Notes under the pieces: generated by a model | Database searches by the model: none | What the model saw: only the letters and a program-made list of their open reading frames with translations | Told to the model about the DNA's origin: nothing | Assembly (NCBI RefSeq): GCF_006345805.1 | Contig: NW_021827852.1 | Span: forward strand, 1 to 9,711 | DNA: 9,711 bases | Direction of reading: 5' to 3' | Source of the DNA: Octopus sinensis | Lineage: Eukaryota | Shown here: in pieces, positions 1-6,854 of the stretch | Layout of the letters: every line of letters starts with the position of its first letter | Position numbering within the stretch: the stretch's first letter is position 1 | Translations under genes and position numbers: made by a program

Positions 1-248
1 TGAAAGAATGGAGTCGAACGAAGATGTTAACAAAATTCCTTTACTCTCGACATATGTTTCGAAGAAAACATGTTTTCATTCCATAGGAATAAAGGGTGCA
101 TTATGCAATCTTCTCAACTTTCCTGATGAGAAGATTGCATAATGCACCCTTTATTCCTTTGGAATGAAAACATGTTTTCTTCGAAACATATGTCGAGAGT
201 AAAGGATTTTGTTAACATCTTCGTTCGACTCCATTCTTTCATTTACTC
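1..248 (+). mobile_element. Fold-back non-autonomous element carrying a hammerhead ribozyme (Penelope-like/retrozyme-type); left end runs off the window
   Basis: 1-116 is the reverse complement of 127-241 except one extra T near 36 and one substitution at 84; 10-nt loop ACTTTCCTGA at 117-126; right end ...TTCATTTACTCA abuts (TA)n at ~249. Confidence 0.75.
117..200 (+). ncRNA. Minimal type I hammerhead ribozyme, intact core
   Basis: Stem I ACUUUC(117-122)/GAGAGU(195-200), 6 bp with one G-U; CUGAUGA 123-129; stem II GAAGA(130-134)/UCUUC(178-182), perfect, with G10.1-C11.1; GAAAC 183-187; palindromic tetraloop AUAU 188-191; GUC triplet 192-194, predicted cleavage after 194. Confidence 0.85.
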
Positions 249-510
249 ATATATATATATATATATATATAATATATATATCATGCATATTATATATAGG
301 AAAACAATCAATATTTTCCTATTTGGTGAAATTCTGCTAATTAGCTGTCTCCTTGAATTATATATAATTTTATATATATATATATATATGTTTGTGTGTG
401 TGTGGTGTGTGTGGTGTGTGTTGTGTGTGTGTGTGTGTTGTTGTGTGTGGGTGTGTGTGTGTGTGTGTGTGTGTTTTGTGTGTGTGTGTATGTGTGTGTG
501 AGTGTGCGTG
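249..510. repeat. Compound (TA)n/(TG)n microsatellite region
   Basis: TA runs ~249-298 and ~360-388, TG runs ~389-510, separated by a short unique spacer. Confidence 0.95.
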
Positions 511-880
511 TCATATTCGGATAAAGACTTTGCAGAATTCTATGCAAAGCTCATCCACCGCTATTGGCTAGCTGATGTCATCTTACAGTGTATATACTCC
601 TGCTACTAGATATGCATCAATAATTCCCCAGTATCCGTAGAGTTTGTAAAAACAGACACAATGAAAGAACTTGGAATGAAGGAGATTCTTTATTCAACCC
701 AATACAATCGTTTCAACACATTCCCTGATCTACAGCTCGTAGGTGAGATATTATACAGTCGTTATCTTACATCCCAGGTGTAGAATGCACCTCCTTAGGT
801 GACAATTTATTCGACCTCCTCATTATACACTTTCAGCATTTCCCTCGGTTTAACTTTGCCTATCTATACGGATGTATGAA

Positions 881-1225
881 GGCGCATGGCTCAGTGGTTA
901 GAGCGTCGAGCTTACGATCGTGAGGTTGTGAGCTCGAATCCCGGACCGGGCTGCGTGTTGTGTTCTTGAGCAAAGCACTTTATTTCACGTTACTCCAGTT
1001 CACTCAGCTGTAGAAATGAGTTGCGACGTCACTGGTGCCAAGCTGTATCGACCCCTTTGCTTTTCCCTTGGATAACATCAGTGGTGTGGAGAGGGGAGGC
1101 CGGTATGCATGGGCGACTGCTGGTCTTCCATAAACAACCTTGCCCGGACTTGTGTCTAGGAGGATAACTTTCTAGGTGCAATCCCATGGTCTGTGTCATG
1201 ACCGAAGGGGGTCTTTACCCTTTAC
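881..1225 (+). mobile_element. tRNA-derived SINE with a conserved central domain (Meta/CORE-like), apparently full length
   Basis: tRNA-like head GGCGCATGGCTCAGTGGTTAGAGCG with A box TGGCTCAGTGG (887-897) and B-box-like GCTCGAATCC (932-941); central GTGTTGTGTTCTTGAGCAAAGCACTTTATTTCAC...CACTCAGCTGTAGAAATGAGT (955-1021); repeated tail CTTTACCCTTTAC. Family name not assigned. Confidence 0.85.
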
Positions 1226-1329
1226 TCCAAGAATTCACAGATGGAACTAAAAATCATAGATTCTGCGAGACACAAGATACACTTACAATCAAACTATCAA
1301 ATGCGTCATCGTTGTTTCTGATTTATTCT

Positions 1330-1407
1330 GTCTAGCTGTATCATACAGTAGTGCCGTCTAGCGGCATCATACGGTAGTGCCGTCTAGCGGTATCATACAG
1401 TAGTGTC
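1330..1407. repeat. 26-bp minisatellite, 3 copies
   Basis: GTCTAGCTGTATCATACAGTAGTGCC (1330-1355), GTCTAGCGGCATCATACGGTAGTGCC (1356-1381), GTCTAGCGGTATCATACAGTAGTGTC (1382-1407). Confidence 0.95.
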
Positions 1408-1666
1408 TGTCACCCTATAAATTTTGTAAATGGCGTGATTGTTGAATAAGCAGCGTTACGGTGACAATACACAAAGAGATATATCTATGTCGTTTTTATA
1501 TCCTCGGCTTTGCTTTGATCTCTTTATTTCTGTCTCTTGAAATAATTACTAACAAGTAGAACGCGTAAATGTATAGGAGGATATGTAAGTCGACGTATAT
1601 ATGACTGTACACAATGTATGTATGGATATATGTATGTATATATGTATGTGTGTATTTATAGATATT

Positions 1667-1816
1667 TGTGTGGTAAGAAGTTAGCTTACAAACCCCATGG
1701 TTGCGTATTCAATCTCACTGCCTAGTAGCACCTCGGGTGGGTGCCTTCTGCTATAACCTCTGGTCGGCCAAGTCCTTGTCAGTGGATTTGATAGACGGGA
1801 ACTGAAGGAAGCACGT

Positions 1817-1820
<4 letters not shown>
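1667..1820 (+). mobile_element. Degenerate 5' half of SINE family A (same family as 4463-4867 and 5251-5931)
   Basis: TGTGTGGTAAGAAG...AGTGGATTTGATAGACGGGAACTGAAGGAAGCACGTCG aligns by eye to the head of the other two copies and ends at the internal (TA)n; no 3' half follows. Confidence 0.8.

Positions 1821-1904
<84 letters not shown>
1820..1904. repeat. Perfect (AT)n microsatellite, about 42 units
   Basis: Uninterrupted dinucleotide run seen directly. Confidence 0.97.
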
Positions 1905-1908
<4 letters not shown>

Positions 1909-1929
1909 CATACATGTTTATTTCTGTGT

Positions 1930-1968
1930 TTCTTTCTGCCGAAATGCGTAGGCTCGAAACGTAAAGAA
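1930..1968 (+). ncRNA. Degenerate loop-less hammerhead-like motif (Penelope-type variant)
   Basis: TTCTTT-CTGCCGA(1936-1942)-A-ATGC-GTAG-GCTC-GAAAC(1956-1960)-GTA-AAGAA. Core A6 is C, stem II is only partly paired (GC/GC), stem I is weak. Confidence 0.4.
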
Positions 1969-2016
1969 CTTTCTCGTTGCCTCATTCACAATCTGGATAA
2001 GCTATATATATATATA

Positions 2017-2162
2017 TATAATCAAAATAAGCAACAAGAATAACTCCGGTAATTTGGTACGATCGTTTCGAACTACATCATTCTATTAAATGTTGTAAGT
2101 ATTACAACAGTTTTAAAATGCTGAGCACTCATCAGCCATTAATAGAGATTATTTTGATTATA
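2017..2162 (-). mobile_element. 146-bp hammerhead-bearing mini-element with 14-bp terminal inverted repeat, abutting (TA)n
   Basis: TATAATCAAAATAA (2017-2030) and TTATTTTGATTATA (2149-2162) are exact reverse complements; hammerhead motif inside; (TA)n at ~2003-2020. Confidence 0.65.
2055..2138 (-). ncRNA. Minimal type I hammerhead ribozyme, core intact, stem II decayed
   Basis: Minus strand: UGG(2138-2136) CUGAUGA(2135-2129) GUGCU...AGUUC GAAAC(2069-2065) GAUC GUA(2060-2058) CCA(2057-2055). Palindromic GAUC tetraloop; stem II has G-C, U/U mismatch, G-U, C-G, U-A; perfect 8-bp hairpin TGTTGTAA-GTA-TTACAACA (2091-2109) in loop II. Confidence 0.75.
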
Positions 2163-2268
2163 ATCACCCCACGGATTTATATGGATAACACCATACAGAA
2201 TTCTGGTGCCTCTAACTTAAGTACCATATTCATTTGAATCTAAATTTTGCTAAACTTATATATATATA

Positions 2269-3370
2269 TTATCCTTCGAAACGTAGAGTAGATGAAACCA
2301 TAGCGACTGAAGAAGGGGTTTTTTCTTTGTGTTAATTGTCCTGTACTCCATTTTTTGTTGTTTTTAAAAAAATGTCCAGTTCCTTTGGTTTGTGTCTATG
2401 TTTTCGTTTCTCCTTGTGTTCGACGTCCCTTTGGTGTCCTGTACACATATATGCGTGTATATGTACATGTAGAGGTAGGTACGTACATATATGTTTATAT
2501 ATATGCATATGTTTTATTTCATTTATTAATATATTATATGACAAAACGCACGCACCCCCTTAAGTAAGATTGTTCTGTATATCAAGTTTTGGTCTTGATA
2601 TTAATTCTCACGCGCACTCTTCACCTTTCTGTCCCATCCCTATTCTTTGATTTTCTTTTTCCTCTACTTAACTTATCTCTTCCTCTCTCTCTCATTCTTC
2701 ACTCTCTCTCTCCCCCTCACAATACTTCATGGTTTCCTCGCAGCCATTCCCCTTCTTCTCTCACTTCCTCTTGCTCCTCCTCCCCCCTTCCCGTCGTCCA
2801 CCCGCGACGATACTTCCGCTCTGACTGTCTTTCTGGCCTGGCCTTTCAAGGTAACTGGACGACATTCTTCCTGCTCCCCTGTCATTCACAAAAAATTCTG
2901 CGTTTGCAATACTTTTTTCGTTAGGCGTCAACAGCCCTTCTTATCTTGTTTTTCCCTGTCCTGTCTTTTACTGTTTATATTTTTGTACTGTCGTTACTGT
3001 CCTATTTTTTTACCATTTTTTACCCTTCTGCGAAAAGATCTCAGTATTTTAATTGATTTGCTTTTCGCAGGAAGGAAAGTTTCTTGTCGAAGATACGTCT
3101 CGCTTTTATCCTTCGAAACGTAGAGTAGATGAAACCATAGCGACTGAAGAAGGGGTTTTTTCTTTGTGTTAATTGTCCTGTACTCCATTTTTTGTTGTTT
3201 TTAAAAAAATGTCCAGTTCCTTTCGTCTGTGTCTATGTTTTCGCTTCTCATTGTGTTCGACGTCCTTTTGGTGTCCTGTACACATATATGCGTGTATATG
3301 TACATGTAGAGGTAGGTACGTACATATATGTTTATATATATGCATATGTTTTATTTTATTTATCAATATA
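2269..3370 (+). mobile_element. Non-coding element with 265-bp direct terminal repeats (837-bp period; pseudo-LTR/partial tandem), flanked by (TA)n on both sides
   Basis: 2269-2533 and 3106-3370 differ at 7 positions by manual comparison; pyrimidine-rich interior with no credible ORF; no TG...CA termini or PBS/PPT; each repeat starts with TCCTTC-GAAACGTA, the 3' half of a loop-less hammerhead. Confidence 0.7.
3061..3128 (+). ncRNA. Decayed hammerhead scaffold at the repeat junction (CUGANGA core missing)
   Basis: Stem I CUUUUC(3061-3066)/GAGUAG(3123-3128) 5 of 6 pairs; stem II GAAGGA(3071-3076)/UCCUUC(3109-3114) perfect; GAAAC-GUA 3115-3122; only GCAG lies where CUGANGA should be. Confidence 0.4.
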
Positions 3371-3391
3371 TATATATATATGTGTGTGTGT

Positions 3392-3432
<41 letters not shown>

Positions 3433-3466
3433 TGATGTATGTATATATATATATATATATATATAT
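3366..3466. repeat. Compound (TA)n/(TG)n/(TATG)n microsatellite
   Basis: Seen directly; separates the 2269-3370 element from the LINE tail. Confidence 0.95.
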
Positions 3467-3479
3467 CTTTTATTTTTTA

Positions 3480-4056
3480 ATTATTATAAATCTTACACTG
3501 AGGCGGGAACCAGTTTCCAACAAAGATACAAGGCTTCATCTTTGGGATGTGGTTAACACAGACAAATTCACATTTGGAACTTCGGAAAAGTCTTGCATAT
3601 TTTTACTGTTCCACTCACAGATAACATTTGTAATGTACGAACCAACCGGTCGATTTCTCTTTCTGAAAATCCCAGTTTATCCATATTCTCCTTTAAGCAT
3701 TTACTAACAAAACCTATCGCTCCAATTATTATTGGTAGGAATATGAATTCATAGTCTGGATATAGAGGTTGGAGGTTTCGATGCAGTTGTCCACACATAT
3801 CCACTTTTCCTTTTATTTTCAACGAGATATTTATATCTGCAAGACATACCTTTGCTCCTCTGTCGCAAACGACAATATCCAGTCTGTTATGTTTACATTT
3901 GACAGACGTTTTGATGGGAATATTCCACCATTGTTCCTTGAGTTGGTGTTTATGAATGTATTCCATAACAAAGGGATTTTCCAAGTTTATTTCAGGACAG
4001 TCCTCTTTGTGGAAGGGATTGTAAATTGTTTTACCAACAACATCGTTATAACCCTT
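3480..4056 (-). mobile_element. 5'-truncated 3' end of a non-LTR retrotransposon with restriction-like endonuclease (R4/Dong-like)
   Basis: Open frame 4056->3568 reads YNDVVGKTIYN...WWNIPIKTSVKCKHNRLDIVVCD...PIIIGAIG...SVSGTVKICKTF, matching RHDxV, NRPDIV and PIIIGALG motifs of RLE-clade LINEs; ~85-nt 3' UTR ending in ATAATAA next to a (TA)n tract. Confidence 0.8.
3568..4056 (-). pseudogene. Inactivated RLE domain coding remnant
   Basis: NRPD is NRLD and the segment that normally carries the second catalytic acidic residue (IEVSCP-like) is absent (KVCLADINI); in-frame TAA at 4057-4059 upstream; no RT domain. Confidence 0.7.
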
Positions 4057-4462
4057 TTAACAAAACGACCACGCCACCAAAATATAGGAATGAATACCAT
4101 AAATTTAAACGGTTTGTACATCCATTCTTAAAGTCGAATCTCAAAAATATTTCTAGCATTAATGTCCTCAAGCAGCCGTACGTGTAGAGAGGTGTTCTGA
4201 AAGACAATGGTACAAAATTTGTTCAGATTATTTCTCTTTCCGATCTCATTGTTTACATCTGACGACTCGATACGAAACATTGTAGCAAAAAAATCAGAGC
4301 TGGCTATAATTTAATTAAAAATGATCCTTGACAAAATAATGTAAAGGGCACTGCTAACACAGTAGAACGTGATGATGATTCATAAAAAGACATTTAATAT
4401 ACTTTATAGTATATTATGGTTGCATAACCAAATACCACGAGGCTACAAATCATTAAAATGAC

Positions 4463-4867
4463 ACTCTTTTACTCTTTTACTCTTTTACTTGTTTCAGTCC
4501 TTTGACTGCGGCCATGCTGGAGCACCGCCTTTAGTCGAGTAAATCGACCCCGGGACTTATTCTTTGTAAGTCTAGTACTTATTCTATCGGTCCCTTTTGC
4601 CGAACCGCTAAGTGACGGGGACATAAACACACCAGCATCGGTCTTCAAGCAATGCTAGGGGGACAAACACAGACGCACAAACAAACACACATACATATAT
4701 ATATATACATATATACGACAGGCTTCTTTCAGTTTCCGTCTACCAAATCCATTGGTCAGCCCGGGGCTATAGCAGAAGACACTTGCCCAAGATGCCACGC
4801 AGTGGGACTGAACCCGGAACCATGTGGTTGGTTAGCAAGCTACTTACCACACAGCCACTCCTGCGCC
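4463..4867 (-). mobile_element. Full-length tRNA-derived SINE family A with internal microsatellite
   Basis: Minus strand head GGCGCAGGAGTGGCTGTGTGGTAAG (A box) and GGTTCAGTCC (B box); internal TA/TG tract ~4665-4715; conserved 3' half ending GACTGAAACAAGTAAAAGAGT with three 8-bp tail units (ACTCTTTT on + at 4463-4486). Confidence 0.9.
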
Positions 4868-5250
4868 TATACCTCCACTCAATAAAAATGTGGCCGATGC
4901 ATACTCAGGGAGGCCAATGCTTTCCCACAAGTTATATTTCGGAAAGTAGACGCCGTCATTTGCGGAATTTTTTTTATTTCTATAAAACGAAAATTTGACA
5001 TAGCACAACAGCGATATATCAGGATGTCTTGACAAATACGTAAACTGTGATCTAGCAAATTTCTATTACTTGCTTTTAGATTCAGTGAGAAGACAAATGC
5101 GGCAGAAATATCGATTCGAAGTAGAAATCAAAATGAACATTTCCAATAACAGATGAGAGATTATTGAAAAATTAATGCCTTACAAGAACAGTAATAAAAG
5201 ATGACATTTGCTCAGGAGAGGAGCAATCCATACGATCTAATCTACATATA

Positions 5251-5679
5251 GGCGCGGGCGTGGTTGTGCGTAAAAACGGTGGTTTCTCAATCACTTGGTC
5301 CTGGATTCAGTCCCACTGCGTGACACCTTGAGCAAGTGTCTTTTACTATAACCTCGGACCGGCCAAATCCTTGTGAGTAGATTTGGTAGAGGTAAACCGG
5401 AAGAAACCCGTCGTATATATATATATATATATATATATTTCTTTACTACCCACAAGGGGCTAAACACAGAGGAGACAAATAAGGACAGACAAACGGATTA
5501 AGTCGATTACATCGACCCTAGTGCGTAACTGGTACTTAATTCATCGACCCCGGAAGGATGAAAGGCAAAGTCGACCTCGGCGGAATTTGAACTCGGAACG
5601 TAACGGCAGACGAAATACCACCAAGCATTTCGCCCGGCGTGCTATATATATATATATGTATATATATGTGTGTGTGTGT

Positions 5680-5713
<34 letters not shown>

Positions 5714-5931
5714 TGTGTTTGTCCAACCCGCCAGCGCTTGAAAAAAAGACGGTGATGGTTGTGTTTATATACCCGTAACTACGGTTCGGCAAAATGGACT
5801 GATAGAATAAGTACTAGGCTTACAAAAAATTAGTCCTGGGTTCAAGTTTTTCGACTAAAATCCCTTGAAGGCGGTGCTCCAGCATGGCCGCAGTCAAATG
5901 ACTGAAACAAATAAAAGAACAAAAGAATAAA
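5251..5931 (+). mobile_element. SINE family A copy interrupted by a nested SINE
   Basis: Head 5251-5413 and 3' half ~5715-5931 match 4463-4867 in reverse orientation; A-rich tail ATAAAAGAACAAAAGAATAAA at 5911-5931. Confidence 0.88.
5438..5644 (-). mobile_element. 5'-truncated SINE family B (Nin-like central domain) inserted in the internal (TA)n of SINE A
   Basis: Minus strand B box GAGTTCAAATTCC (5594-5582); GAGGTCGACTTTGCCTTTCATCCTTCCGGGGTCGATGAATTAAGTACC domain (~5531-5580); 3' end GGGTAGTAAAGAAATA; (TA)n on both sides; A box missing. Confidence 0.85.
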
Positions 5932-6061
5932 CAAATTGACTATTTGGGGACGACGTGTGAGACTATCGTTAAGTGTCCGCACATTAAAAAATATCAGTTA
6001 CGTTACTGGGACATACCTCTTACGTGAGTCATAGATACGGACCTATACGGTAATGGATAAA

Positions 6062-6170
6062 TGTTTGAGAAGCTCGCTTCGCTGAGATGTGGTATCGGGT
6101 TCTGTCCCACTGCTGGCACTTCGGGTAAGTTTTTTCTGCTACAACCCCGAGCCTACCAATGCGTTATGAG
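6062..6170 (+). mobile_element. Highly degenerate SINE A head fragment
   Basis: GAGAAGCTCGCTTC...CGGGTTCTGTCCCACTGCTGGCACTTCGGGTAAGT...ACCAATGCGTTATGAG aligns by eye to the family A head. Confidence 0.65.
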
Positions 6171-6270
6171 TATCGCGATTTCTGGGTTATTTCACTTCAT
6201 CGGCAAAGAATAATTGTTCGGCTAAAAGTGGCACTGCCAAATTCCCATTCGAAATACATAGTTTTCAAAT
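6171..6270 (-). mobile_element. Fragment of repeat family C (copy of 7073-7176) containing the CCGAUGA hammerhead-like core
   Basis: TATCGCGATTTCTGGGTTATTTCACTTCATCGGCAAAGAATAATTG...GTTTTCAAA is closely similar to 7073-7176. Confidence 0.75.
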
Positions 6271-6307
6271 GCGTGAAATACCGTTGTATATATTTATATA
6301 CTCATGT

Positions 6308-6522
6308 ATCAATGTTCTTGATTGCATTTTAATTAAATCCATGGCTTTGATAAGGACAATCCAGAGTTACCTCTCTTAGGAATTTCCCATTGGATTTGAC
6401 TAAGGAGCTAGAAGCATCGATGTTTTGGGAATCCGAGAAGGGGTGACACAGGACAGACATGGTGTTTTTACCTACACGAGAAAGTTTCTCTCCACGGTAA
6501 GAGCAGCGAATTTGCCTCTTAG
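6308..6522 (+). pseudogene. Decayed kringle-like coding remnant, copy 1
   Basis: Translations across frames: VLDCI..., SYLS* (TGC->TAC, TGG->TAG relative to copy 2 RCLSW), KHRCFGNPRRGDTGQTWCFY, GKSSEFAS*; spacing resembles kringle C..CxxW..NYCRNP..WCY..C..C; stops and frameshifts present. Confidence 0.45.
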
Positions 6523-6854
6523 CAGTTGAAATGTGTCAGAAATATATTTCAACCTAGACTACCCCTGACCCGTGGGGTCACTGACGGTTCAGGTTACAAA
6601 ACATTGAAATGAAAGTTAATTTTCTGTTGATTCAGTTAAATATTTCAGTTCGTTCGTGTCATCATGAGTCTGGTATACAAGTTCATGCTTTATTGATTAT
6701 TTATAGCATCGAATAGAAATAGAACTTCCGGGATAAACTTGAACTCCAGTAACAACATTCATTTATTTATCGTTTATGTGCACACTTCTACTAAAATGCG
6801 AAATGAATTGTTATATAGCATAAACATAAAATTAATGGAAACAATTTTCACAGT

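Noticed and set aside
1-248. Classical DNA-transposon MITE interpretation
   Set aside because: Not excluded, but the asymmetry falls exactly on the hammerhead core and all three ribozyme stems pair, which a MITE model does not explain.
142-547. ORFs rich in YI, CV or TH (also 1681-1985, 5521-5792, 8109-9701)
   Set aside because: They are translations of TA/TG/CA microsatellites, which lack stop codons in some frames; no domain-like content.
296-548. Short hairpins ATAGGAAAA/TTTTCCTAT (296-322) and CTTTGCA/TGCAAAG (~528-549); similar ones at ~4396-4415 and ~6566-6580
   Set aside because: Stems of 6-9 bp are expected by chance in 10 kb of AT-rich DNA and have no supporting context.
881-950. 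tRNA gene (also heads at 4790-4867 and 5251-5330)
   Set aside because: A and B boxes are present but acceptor and anticodon stems do not close, and each runs into a SINE body.
1330-1407. CRISPR-like repeat
   Set aside because: Head-to-tail units without spacers, eukaryotic context, no cas genes.
2589-3123. 111-aa and 158-aa ORFs in the element interior
   Set aside because: L/S/F/P-rich composition follows from the pyrimidine skew; no RT, GIY-YIG or other motif recognised.
3769-4131. 120-aa plus-strand ORF
   Set aside because: Antisense shadow of the RLE coding remnant.
4251-4290. CTGACGA (4259-4265) followed 8 nt later by GAAAC-ATT-GTA
   Set aside because: Stem II (CTCGATAC) and stem I do not pair and the loop is not palindromic; chance or too decayed to call.
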